Source of the DNA: Dehalococcoidia bacterium
GTDB taxonomy: Bacteria > Chloroflexota > Dehalococcoidia > Lucifugimonadales > UBA3495
DNA length: 48,405 nt
Reading direction: 5' to 3'
Assembly: GCA_030740155.1 (NCBI GenBank)
Contig: JASLXV010000068.1
Coordinates: 1-48,405 of the forward strand
Numbering within the stretch: position 1 is the first letter of the stretch; every line of letters starts with the position of its first letter. Shown here one piece after another: positions 27,980 to 37,956 of this stretch. A model generated the notes under the pieces. It was not told where the DNA came from and ran no database searches. It saw only the letters and a program-made list of their open reading frames with translations. The position numbers were made by a program, and so were the translations under genes.

Positions 27980-28564
27980 CGGACCCAGCGGCCCAACCAA
28001 CGCTAAGCTTCCCGGCGAACATCGGCTATCCGCTCCCCTCAGGTTCCACTGAAGCTTCGCCCCAAGAACTCACGCCAACTCCACTCGCTCGGTTCTTCTT
28101 ACCCCCGAACACATTCCATCATCACCGGCGGTCTACGCCGGGCTTCAGCTTGGAGTGCAGGTCATTTCATTCCGGCGGCAAATGATGATTGCGCGTCGTG
28201 GGCGGATAACCCATCGGTCTTGGGTTAGTCAGCGGGAGCTTGGCCACCACCAATGCTCCTTCCGCCGAACTCTCGATGTTGCGCTCTCCGCCCAGCAGAC
28301 AAGCAGAATCTTGCATCGATACTGGCCCCAACCGGGCGGGCTGGGCTTCGTGTTCAAATCCCAATCCGGTCCAACCGAAGGGTCCACCTCATCCTCCGCG
28401 CCTACCGCGAGTCCGGCGGATAGGAGGACCGGAGACCGAACACTGCGACCCGCCGGGCGCTTTCGAGCTTGCAACTTTGACCGAACCTGATTCAGCGCAG
28501 ACCAGCATGAATAAGGTTGGTCGGTACCCGGTCCCCTATCGGGGTTCGCCCGCTCTCCGATGCT

Positions 28565-29437
28565 CTAAGCCCAGTGCTTATCCCCGATTGGGAAATCGCA
28601 AATGGTGGCGGTGCAGCTGTAACAGTCGGGAACCCGCACCTGGGGAAGGCTGGCCCCCTTGCAGGCTTCCACGTGCTCTATGGCTTGCCACACCTGTTCC
28701 TTCTCTCCATTTATTACAAGCATCACGGATCCCTCGGCCCCTCCCAACCCACCGCTGGCGATCGGAGTGGCTTGGGCGCCGCTCAGGATCTCGACGGCGG
28801 TCAGTTCAGTCAACGCGGTCCCAGGGACTGGGAGGAGTCCACAGCTGAGGCCCATCGAGTACTCGTACTCTTGCTTTCGGGCTTCCCTGGCCACCTCTTT
28901 CACCGGAAGGGGGATGAGCTTTTCCAGGCCAACGGGGAAGATTACGCCAAATCCGTTGCGGCGGGCGGCTCCCATGACCATTCCCACGGTCCCTCCTTCG
29001 AACTTGTTCCCGATGAGCACCCCAACGTTACCCTCCGCATCCAGAGCGTTCACCCCTTTGATGTAGACGTCCCCGGAGCCCAACCGCTCCATAAGTGAGT
29101 TCAGGTCTTCACCGACGGATAGCTTACCTCCCTCAATGACCCAAGAGTGGGGAAAATCACCCACGGTGCGCACCGCCCCTTCCCGAGGCCGTGGGTTCGA
29201 AGAAGTCATCGTGCCCATCTCCACGCAGGCGCCCTTTTCCACAACGATGCCGCATACCCAAGTGGCTGTATGCGGCCTCTGGCCGGTGATTTCTTCCACA
29301 ACGAAATAGGTGCTGCTGCTGGGGTGCACCACTATGGTTCCCTCCGCAGCCGCTCGGCGAACCTCCTCGGTGCGGGCTGTGGCCTTGGCGATTAGGCGCT
29401 TGGACTCTGCCGGAGTTAAGCTGACCTGTGCTCGCAT
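28565..29437 (-). CDS. Conserved hypothetical protein with C-terminal CxxCxxxxC motif
   Basis: AAAGGAG RBS before MRAQVSLTPAESKRLIAKA; KGVNALD...GGTVG...PVGLEKLIP...ASGGLGGAEGS; ends DCYSCTATICDFP. Confidence 0.8.
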   Translation of the reverse strand: MRAQVSLTPAESKRLIAKATARTEEVRRAAAEGTIVVHPSSSTYFVVEEITGQRPHTATWVCGIVVEKGACVEMGTMTSSNPRPREGAVRTVGDFPHSWVIEGGKLSVGEDLNSLMERLGSGDVYIKGVNALDAEGNVGVLIGNKFEGGTVGMVMGAARRNGFGVIFPVGLEKLIPLPVKEVAREARKQEYEYSMGLSCGLLPVPGTALTELTAVEILSGAQATPIASGGLGGAEGSVMLVINGEKEQVWQAIEHVEACKGASLPQVRVPDCYSCTATICDFPIGDKHWA

Positions 29438-29868
29438 GTGATTCTCCTTTCTGGGTTTGTTGACTTCCTCGGAGATTGTACCAAATGAATGGAAGGTGTT
29501 AGCGGGAATCGGGCCGTTCGAAACCGAAGATTCAGGAACTAATTGCCTACCAGAACGCCGAGGAGTTGATAGCCAATAATCAGAAATAGGGCTAGGCAGG
29601 TGCAACGCACCACTCTGGCGCGGGCCGAAATTCTGGGACCCAAACTCGGAATGCTTTTGGCCGTTGGCCGAACTCGATACTGGTGCTCGCCGTCATAAAT
29701 CGGCGTTCGATAGATTCGTGTCTGTTGGAGTAGTCCTCAGCTACAATTACCGTGGCCCGGATTCTTCGACATCTAGTGCCGGGCATATGAAGCTACCGAA
29801 TCGGCCCGGCTCCCTCTCCGAGGGGGCCACCGAGTGGGTCCCCCCGGCCTTACCCAGATACCCTGCGC

Positions 29869-30774
29869 CTAGCCTCGGCCGAACCGGATCGCCTGGTCCA
29901 CGATGTCCAGGCCCACGGACTCACTCCAGGCGGCCAGAAGTTGCTGGGTTATGGGTCCGGGCTTCCCGTCGCCTAGCTCGCGCCGGTCCACCCTGGTCAC
30001 CGGTACCACGCACGGGCTGGTGCCGGAGAAGAAGGCCTCATCGGCCGTGTAGAGGTCGTAGGGTTGGAGGTCTTCCTCCACCACGGGGATGTCTAGCCCT
30101 CGCGCCAGGTCAAATACCGTCTCCCGGGAGATGCCCTGGAGGATGGCGCGGTCTCCGGGGGTCCGGATGACCCCATCGCTGACCAGGAACACGTTGTATC
30201 CGGTCCCTTCGGTTAGGTTGCCCTCGCCGTCCATGAGGATCGGCCAGCCCTCCGGGTCCACGTCACCCGCCTCCAGGTCGGCCATGTTGAAGTTCATCCG
30301 GCTGTAGTGCTTGACCTTGGGATCCAGTGACTCCACCGGGTAGCTCCGGCTACGGGCGATGACGCCGTGGGCTCCCTGGCCGTAGAGCCCGGCGAACCGG
30401 CCGAAGTCGATCGCTCCCACCTTGAAGCAGACGGTGGGCGGCCCGGCGTCGCGAGCCCAGCGGCCCGGCCCCCTGGTCACGAACACGGTGACGGTGAAGT
30501 CGCCTGCTTCGGCGCGCAGGTGCTCGTTCCGCCGGATAACCTCTTCGCCGATGTCCTGCATCTCCTCCGGAGGCAGGCCGGGATCGATGCGGACGAACTT
30601 GAGGGAGCGGTACATCCGGTCGATGTGCTCCTTCATTCGGAAGCTCTTGCCGTTGAAGGTGCGGGCGACGTCGAAGACCACGTCCCCGACCATGAAACCC
30701 CGGTCCAAGGGGCTAATCTTTACCTGGCTGAATGGTACCCATTCACCGTTGAAATACGCCGTGTACTCTGCCAT
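29869..30774 (-). CDS. Aminotransferase class IV (branched-chain/D-amino acid aminotransferase-like)
   Basis: YFNGEWV, DRGFMVGDVVFD, DPKVKH, TEGTGYNVF, ILQGISR, ADEAFFSGT. Confidence 0.92.
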   Translation of the reverse strand: MAEYTAYFNGEWVPFSQVKISPLDRGFMVGDVVFDVARTFNGKSFRMKEHIDRMYRSLKFVRIDPGLPPEEMQDIGEEVIRRNEHLRAEAGDFTVTVFVTRGPGRWARDAGPPTVCFKVGAIDFGRFAGLYGQGAHGVIARSRSYPVESLDPKVKHYSRMNFNMADLEAGDVDPEGWPILMDGEGNLTEGTGYNVFLVSDGVIRTPGDRAILQGISRETVFDLARGLDIPVVEEDLQPYDLYTADEAFFSGTSPCVVPVTRVDRRELGDGKPGPITQQLLAAWSESVGLDIVDQAIRFGRG

Positions 30775-31055
30775 TTCTCCCTCCTGGCCCGCCCTCAACA
30801 TCTCCGCGCCGTCAGACTGACCAACCGCCCGGATTATACCCCACACCCGTAGTCCAGGGTAGGGCGGCGACCGGGTGGAGCGTTCGGTTCCCAAGATCCG
30901 TCGAAACCGTCTGCTTTCCGGGACATGAGGCGCACAAGACCCAGATGTACCTCGCCAGGCCGTAGGGGCAGGGGTCCAATTTAGCGTCTTGGCGATCCAT
31001 TACCTGCTTGGCTGGCCGGTGCCCGATAGCCATTATCCGGAGCAAGTGTTAGTCT

Positions 31056-32273
31056 ATGGTCGTGGAGTCGCCCTTAGCTTCAGGAACAGCGCGCATCGCT
31101 CGGAGAGAGCTGCTGCTCATTAGCTTCGCCGGGCAGGTGTTGAAGTATCTGAGCATCTCTGGCTTCTACATTCTGCTCCCCGGCTTACAGGCAGGTCTGG
31201 GGCTAACCAATGCGCAGATCGGCCTGGTTTCAACTTCAAGGAATGCGGCGTCCGCCGCAACGTGCCTCCCGGCCGGCGCCGCCACGGACAGGCTGCAGGG
31301 TAATGCCACGATCCTAGTAGGCCTGGGCCTGATCCTCTGCGGTCTCTCCATGGTCATCCTGGGCCTGGCCACCAGCTTGTGGGTGGCGGTAGCGGGGGCG
31401 TCGGCCGGCGGTATCGGCATGCTGGTGCACACGCCTGCCAGTGTCTCGCTTCTGGCGGCCAACTTCCCGGAACGCCGGGGCTTCGCCATCGCCATCTTCG
31501 GCGCGGGCGGCAGCGTGGGCCAGGTACTGGCTCCACTGGCCGCGGGAGGGCTGGCGGCGGCAGTGGCTTGGGAAACCGGGTTCTTGGCGATGGGCGTGCC
31601 GGTGATCGCCGGCGGAGTGGTTATCTGGGTCTGGTTGTCGCGGCTGTCGCTGGAGAAGCGTGGCGGCCTTTCCTTCTCCCAGTACCTGTCGACGGTGCGC
31701 TCCGCCGTATCCAACAGACTCATCCTCCTACTGCTTGCCCTGATGGTGTGCTACGGTCTGGTGGAGCCCGCGATCGTCACGTTCCTCCCGATTCATCTGG
31801 AGGTGGACCGGGGCTATAACACCTCGACGATGGCCCTCTTCATCGCGGGCTCCCAACTAGCCGGGATATTCAGCCAGCCGGCGTTGGGACACCTTTCCGA
31901 CAAGATCGGGCGGTTGGGAGTTCTGGCGGGCAGTTTCCTGCTTTTCGGTGCGACGGCACTGGCCGTTCCGCTGGTTGGGAAGGACCTTCCTCTCCTGTTG
32001 GCCATCCTGGCCATGGGGGTGGTGCTCTTCCCGTTGCTGTCCCTGTTCTTCACCGCCGTGACCGATGAGGCCGGCGAGGGAGCCCAAGGCACGGCCCTTT
32101 CGCTTACGGGGCTGGCATTCTTCCCCCGGGCAAGCGTTTCCCCATTCGCCGCCGGTCTGCTGGCGGATGCCTTCTCAGTGGGCGCGGTCTTCTACATCGC
32201 CGGAGGTATCGCCCTCGGGACGGGCTTGATAGCGGTTGCGGCGGCGTTCCGTCGCTCCACGTTACGGTTTTGA
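31056..32273 (+). CDS. MFS transporter
   Basis: About 12 TM helices; FPERRGFAIAI and GHLSDKIGR loop motifs. Confidence 0.9.
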   Translation: MVVESPLASGTARIARRELLLISFAGQVLKYLSISGFYILLPGLQAGLGLTNAQIGLVSTSRNAASAATCLPAGAATDRLQGNATILVGLGLILCGLSMVILGLATSLWVAVAGASAGGIGMLVHTPASVSLLAANFPERRGFAIAIFGAGGSVGQVLAPLAAGGLAAAVAWETGFLAMGVPVIAGGVVIWVWLSRLSLEKRGGLSFSQYLSTVRSAVSNRLILLLLALMVCYGLVEPAIVTFLPIHLEVDRGYNTSTMALFIAGSQLAGIFSQPALGHLSDKIGRLGVLAGSFLLFGATALAVPLVGKDLPLLLAILAMGVVLFPLLSLFFTAVTDEAGEGAQGTALSLTGLAFFPRASVSPFAAGLLADAFSVGAVFYIAGGIALGTGLIAVAAAFRRSTLRF

Positions 32274-33060
32274 GGCGCAGCCGGTCCGGTTGCAGCGTGA
32301 CCCTCATGTCGGCTCGGGATATCTGGAGATCCACGCCGAGCTTCCGGGCAAGCCGCCTCAGTTCGCCCTTGACCTGAACTTCCCACGGTGGGCTCATGTG
32401 CGCCACAATCACCTTCGGCAGGTAGCCTCGCTCCTCGTTGAAACTTACCAACGCTTCTTCGAGCAAGTTAGGGGTCAGGTGGCCAACCTCCAAGGCCCAG
32501 GCCTCGTTCTCGTTGCCAAAGGTGACCTCGGCGAGCAGCGTGGTGGGGGTAACGTGCTTCCAGGCCTCGCATAGGCCCCGGCCCGTGTCTCCCGTGTAGA
32601 ACAGGGAAACGTCGCCCGACGCAATTTGAAAACCCGCGGCAGGAACCGAATGGGGAACCGGGACGGCCGTCGCGGTATAGTCGAGTACCTTGAATTCCTG
32701 GTAGAACTGGACCGGGTGAAGGCGAAGCGTGGGGTTCTCTGGGCTTGGAAAGTTGAGTGGGTCGGGGAAGAGACTTCCGTCAAGCAGCTTGGCGGCTACG
32801 AACTCGATGGTGTCCGGTATTGCGTAGACATCCACCGTGACGCCGGTGTTGCGCAGGGCAAGGCCAATGGCGGGTAGGTCTCGCACGTGGTCGAAGTGCC
32901 TGTGGGATAGGATGATTGCGCGAATGCCCAGCTGTTCGTCGAAGCTCAACGCTCTGGTGATGCTCCCGGCGTCCAGGGCCAATACCCCATCGATCAGGTG
33001 GGACTCCATACGGGTATGCTTGCTCTCCATGTTGTGGGCGCCGAGGACCCGAAGCTCCAT
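32104..33060 (-). CDS. MBL-fold metallo-hydrolase (cyclic-nucleotide phosphodiesterase class II-like); C-terminus probably over-extended
   Basis: MELRVLG, LDAGS, SHRHFDH, VPHSVP, YTGDTG, VGHLTP, VAHM; the last ~57 codons overlap the convergent MFS gene. Confidence 0.85.
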   Translation of the reverse strand: MELRVLGAHNMESKHTRMESHLIDGVLALDAGSITRALSFDEQLGIRAIILSHRHFDHVRDLPAIGLALRNTGVTVDVYAIPDTIEFVAAKLLDGSLFPDPLNFPSPENPTLRLHPVQFYQEFKVLDYTATAVPVPHSVPAAGFQIASGDVSLFYTGDTGRGLCEAWKHVTPTTLLAEVTFGNENEAWALEVGHLTPNLLEEALVSFNEERGYLPKVIVAHMSPPWEVQVKGELRRLARKLGVDLQISRADMRVTLQPDRLRLKTVTWSDGTPPQPLSSPSRGRYLRRCRRPRPLRRHPPADRRRMGKRLPGGRMPAP

Positions 33061-33233
33061 GAATCCATCCCCTTGAGTCAGCCGCGGTGAGCGATTCCAA
33101 TGCATTATTCCGCCACCCCATACAATGATACCGTTGAAACGCCGCCCCAAGCAAACCCGGCGGCAGGGTTCCGGCAATTTATCTTTCGAAACTCCCGGCG
33201 TGACGCCTGGCCATGAAAGTACTCCGGAATATA

Positions 33234-33331
33234 ACACCCTGAGTGAAGCGACGGGGCGGGGCGGTGGGTCAAGGCTTCGATGGTGAAACCCCGCACCAGA
33301 TTCCTCGTCGCTTCGCTCCTCGGAATGACAG
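33234..33331 (-). repeat. REP/MITE-like element copy 3
   Basis: Reverse complement reads CTGTCATTCCGAGGAGCGAAGCGACGAGGAATCTGGTGCGGGG...GACCCACCGCCCC..CGTCGCTTCACTCAGGGTG. Confidence 0.85.
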
Positions 33332-33525
33332 CAGGGCTTCGCTCCCCGGAATTACGGGTTTGAGGCAAACCTCCGCTGTGGGGAAGGGGTTCTATCTGAG
33401 ATGGCGGTTTCGTTTGTTGTCCTGGGGGGCGCCGGGGAGTGTTCTGAGAGTTTGGGAGCTATGACCAAAATGAGAATGGAGCCGGAGCAAGAGTGGAAAC
33501 CCGGAAGGGCGGTTAACGTGTTGCC

Positions 33526-35254
33526 ATGGAAGAGCGTTCGTTGAACCCGGACAAAGAGGGCCCCGGCGGCATTCCCGGGCCTGGACACAGGGAGGCCGGG
33601 GACGAGGTGTTCCATCGGCTGCCCCAACGGCAGGTGAAACTGACCCTTGCCGGGGTCCTGCTCGCCCTGTTCCTGGCGTCCCTTGACCAGACCATCGTGG
33701 CCACCGCAATGCCTCGGATCATCTCCGACCTGGAGGGCTTCGACCGGTACACCTGGGTAACGACCGCCTACCTGGTCGCTTCCACCACCGTCGTGCCGAT
33801 CGTGGGCAAACTGACGGACATGTACGGCCGGAAGTGGTTCTACATCGCGGGGATCGGCATTTTCCTGTTGGGCCCGGTCCTGGCGGGCACCAGCCAGACG
33901 ATGACCCAACTGATCGTGTTCCGGGGACTGCAAGGGATCGGCGGCGGGACCATGCTGGCCAGCGCCTTCATCGCCATCGGAGACCTGTTTCCCCCGGAAG
34001 ACCGGGGGAAGTACCAGGGAATTCTGGGCGCGGTGTTCGGGCTCTCCTCGGTCATCGGGCCCACCTTGGGGGGGCCTGGTTACCGACCAGCTCTCCTGGC
34101 ACTGGATCTTCTTCATCAACCTCCCCTTGGGGATTCCGGTCATCTTGCTGTTCATAGTGTTCTTCCCGCAAATACGGCCCTCCTCCGCGAAACACCAGCT
34201 CGACTACCTGGGGATAACCACTCTGGTGATGGCGGTGGTGCCGTTGCTGCTGGCCCTATCCTGGGGAGGCGTTCAGTATGAGTGGGGCTCGAGCCAGGTC
34301 CTAGGAACGCTGGGTTTTGCGGGCCTGATGGCCGTTGCCTTTGTCGTCATCGAGGGACGGGTGTCTGAGCCCATCATTCCCCTGTCGATCTTCCGCTATC
34401 CCGCGGTAACCGTTTCCCTTCTGGCTACCTTCCTGACCGGCTTCGGAATGTTTGGCGGCATCATGTTCGTCCCCCTCTTCTTCCAGGGCGTGCTGGGGGC
34501 CTCGGCCACCAACAGCGGGAGCTTCTTGACTCCGATGATGCTCGGCGTGGTGGCGGGCGCCGTCTTATCGGGGCAGGCCCTTTCCCGTTTCGGAGGAAGA
34601 TACCGGCTCCAGGGCCTGGTGGGGATCGGCATCATGTCCGTGGGTGTCTTCCTGCTTTCCCGGATGTCCCCGGAGACCAGCAACAGCCAGGCCGTGACGA
34701 ACATAGTCCTGATGGGCTTTGGGGTGGGGATCAGCTTCCCCGTCTTTACCATCGCCGTTCAGAACGCCGTCCCCTACCGGGTCCTTGGGGTTGCCACTTC
34801 CTCAATTCAATTCTTCCGGTCCATTGGCGGCACCATGGGCCTGGCGGTTCTCTGATCGGTGATGACCAACCGCTTCGCTTCGGGACTGACCGGGTCGCTC
34901 CCGGCCGACGTGAAAGCAGCCATGCCGCCGGGGCAGCTCTCGGCATTGGCGGAAAACCCCCAGGCTCTGCTGAGCGACGACGCGCTGACCCGGCTTGGAG
35001 CCGGGTTTAGCCTGGCCGGCCCCCAGGCCGAAGACCTGCTGGCGAAGCTGCTCGATACCTTGCGGCAGGCCCTCTCGAACTCAATAGATGATGTTTTTAA
35101 GATCAGCTTGGTGGTGATTCTGGTCGCCGGTCTGGCCACCCTCTTCCTGAGAGTGGTCCCCTTGCAACCGGTTCAGACGGTTGAGAAGGAAAGCCCGCCG
35201 GAGGGACGGGGCACGCCGGCACTTCCCGGAGAAAACGCCGCCGGGGATAGCTGA
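33526..35254 (+). pseudogene. DHA2/MDR family MFS efflux transporter with a frameshift and a premature stop
   Basis: LDQTIVATAMP, GKLTDMYGRK. A +1 G in the G7 run 34068-34074 interrupts [23 protein letters not shown]; TGA at 34853-34855 within GLAVL*SVMTNRF. Confidence 0.85.
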
Positions 35255-35720
35255 AGGCCGCAACTGGTTGATGACATGCCCGGGCCGATGTTTCTTTGGA
35301 AGGGCCGGGGGGAACCCATGATCGCGGGAAAGGCTACCCTACCCAATTGTAGCTAGGCCGTCCACCTGTGCCTGGTCGGGGCGCGCCTTTCCTCTCGGCT
35401 AATTCTAGTAGCCCTCATGGCGCTGTTTGATTTGCGAGCTGGAACAACGTTGAGCATAGCTGTATTGGCCGGCATTTCCGATTCAGGGTAAAGGTGAGAT
35501 GCGATAGATCGGAATCTTCATCTCGGGCGCAGTCGCTTCTTGAACTCTTTGGCAGTCAATCAGCGTGGGCTAACCTAGAATGTTGGATCTACCCCCGCAG
35601 GGGTTCAATGGGATTAGGGTGGGCACGTCCCCTGGAGCCAAGAGGGTGTGGGCAGCATAGGTCTGGTGTGACAGAATTGCCGAACCTCCCTCCGGGAGAT
35701 TCGAGTCCCATGGAGCATCG

Positions 35721-36924
35721 ATGAAGCTCCCCACATTTGCCCGCGAGATCAACGCTCCGGCGTTGTGGGCGGGGCTGACCGCTTTCGTATGGTATGCCTT
35801 TGGTGCGGTGCCACTGCACATCGCTGTCGCGGGCCAACTTGGCCTGACCTCCGGTGAATCTTCAAGCTGGATATTCATTATCTGGACCAGCGGAGCCGTC
35901 GCTTCCATTGCGCTTTCGCTGTTCTACCGTATGCCGATTCCGATTACCTGGAGCATCCCTGGGCTGATCTACCTGGGTACCCTGGTGGGCGAATTCTCCT
36001 TCCCCGAAATGGTGGGGGCGAACCTTGTAGCGGGTCTGTTGATCCTGGTCCTTGGGCTCCTGGGCGCCGGTGGACGAATCATGACCTGGCTGCCGCTGCC
36101 CATCGTCATGGGGATGTTCGCCGGGAGTATTTTTTGCTACGTGACTCGCCTGGTGAGCGCCACCGTTGACGATGTCTTCGTGGCCGGTCCGGCGGTCGGG
36201 GGATACCTGCTGGGCCGTCTAATTGGAAACCCGCGGGTACCTCCCGTTGGACTCGCCGTGGTATTTGGGGCGATTGCCATCCTCATCGGCGGGCAGGCCA
36301 CTCCCGAAGCCATGTCTTGGAGTTTGCCATCCCTTGCCGTCCCCAGCATGAGCTTCTCGACGTCAGCTGTAGTCGCGATCAGTATACCCATGGTTGTTCT
36401 GGCGCTGGGACTGGGGAACGTCCAAGGGTTGGGCTTTCTGCTGGGGCAAGGCTACAAGGTGCCGGTCAATCCAATATCGGTTGTGATTGGCATCAATTCG
36501 GTAATCAACTCTCTGCTGGGAGGACATCCGGCGATAGTAGCTCGTACCGGGGTGGCAATTATGGCCGGTCCCGAAGCCGGGCCGATGCCGACGCGGTACT
36601 GGGCCAATCTCGTCGCCGCCACGCTGACCATGATCATTGCTCTCGCCGCCGGGCTCGTGATCCCCATTCTGGCCGTTCTACCGAAATCGTACGTGTTCGC
36701 CTTGGGCGGGACTGGCTATCATCGCATCCCTCCAAGATGCCTTTGAGAAGGCTTTCAGCAGCCCATTACGCTTCGGGGCGTTGGTGGCATTTGCCGTGGC
36801 GGCCACGCCGTTCTCGTTCATGGGAATCACGTCGGCCCTGTGGGCAGTGGTTGCGGGGCTGGTTGCATCGCTGGCAGCGGAACGGCCCCCACTGCTGAGC
36901 TATTGGCGGGAGATGCAGGATTAG
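35721..36924 (+). pseudogene. BenE-like benzoate/H+ symporter family protein with a +1 frameshift near 36704
   Basis: SSWIF, YRMPIPITWSIPG, QGYKVP. Removing one G in TTGGGCGGG restores ALAGLAIIASLQDAF...FMGITSALWAVVAG to TAG at 36922-36924. Confidence 0.8.
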
Positions 36925-37019
36925 ATAGCTCCGAAAGCCCTGATAACAGCGGTGCGGGCCGGCGCTTGCCGTCCTGGACACGAGCTTCCGGTAACCTGCC
37001 CGTGCCTTGCCCCGGGTTT

Positions 37020-37853
37020 CTACAACCTTTGCCAAACTCGGCGCCCTTCTACCCGCACTATCTTCCCGAATCCGGGGGCCGGCAGGTGCACCGCGGCCAC
37101 CGGGATACCCTCCCGTTCCAGCCGGTCAAGCACGGAGAGGCGGGTGATCCGGGCCTGTTCCGGGTCGATGTCGGCCCGGGAGGCCCAGCCGGTCTCGTGG
37201 AACTGCGCCGTGTTGTGGGCAATGTCGCCCAGAATCAGCCCGCGCTGGCCCTGGGAGCTGATCAGGATACTCATGTGACCCGGCGTATGGCCGGGGGTCG
37301 GCAGGGCGGTCAGCTCGCTGGTTATGGCCTGTTCTCCGTCGTAAAACTCGATCAGGCCCAACTCTTCCAGCGGCCACACGCACTCGGGAGCGTTCGGGAA
37401 CCGGCTTGGTTGAAGCTCTGGGTTGTGGCACGCTTCCCAGTCCTTGGCGCTGATCCAGTAGCGGGCGTTGGGGAAAGTGGGCCGGAACTTTCCCCCCTCG
37501 GACCGGAGGTTCCAGCCCACGTGGTCCCGGTGCAGGTGGGTCATCACCACCATGTCCACATCCTCGGGCCTGATTCCCTTGGCCCTGAAGTCGTTGAGCA
37601 GCTCGCCCCAGGGGGTCTCCGGTGTGGGTTTGGGACCCAGGCCGGTATCCACCACGATGGTCCGGCCATCGGAGCGGACCAAGAAGCAGGCGAGGTTGAA
37701 GCTGACCTTGTGCTCCGGGGTGAGGTGGTTCTTGTAAGGGCCCCAGTCCTTTTCTGGGATGGCGGGGAAGAAGTTGCAGAGGTCGAATTCAAGGATTCCG
37801 TCCGACAGGGAGGTAATCTCTACGTTCCCGATTGACATAACGTTTTTTGCCAT
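37020..37853 (-). CDS. MBL-fold metallo-hydrolase (lactonase/OPHC2-like)
   Basis: VVDTGLG, THLHRDHVGWN, TPGHTPGH, LGDIAH, HLPAPG. Confidence 0.92.
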   Translation of the reverse strand: MAKNVMSIGNVEITSLSDGILEFDLCNFFPAIPEKDWGPYKNHLTPEHKVSFNLACFLVRSDGRTIVVDTGLGPKPTPETPWGELLNDFRAKGIRPEDVDMVVMTHLHRDHVGWNLRSEGGKFRPTFPNARYWISAKDWEACHNPELQPSRFPNAPECVWPLEELGLIEFYDGEQAITSELTALPTPGHTPGHMSILISSQGQRGLILGDIAHNTAQFHETGWASRADIDPEQARITRLSVLDRLEREGIPVAAVHLPAPGFGKIVRVEGRRVWQRL

Positions 37854-37956
37854 GGTCGTTCTCCTCTCACCCCGTGGAAAGATACCCAGCGGCGGAAACC
37901 TATTCGTAATTGGGGGTCCCGGAGAGGCTTTGCCCGGCTCGCCGGCTGGACTGTTG

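Noticed and set aside
27980..28560. Short ORFs in the gap after the second acyl-CoA dehydrogenase
   Set aside because: No RBS or recognisable motif; possibly decayed sequence.
34853..34855. Second selenocysteine codon in the MFS transporter
   Set aside because: Lies in a TM helix at a probable Gly position with no redox motif, and the gene is also frameshifted.
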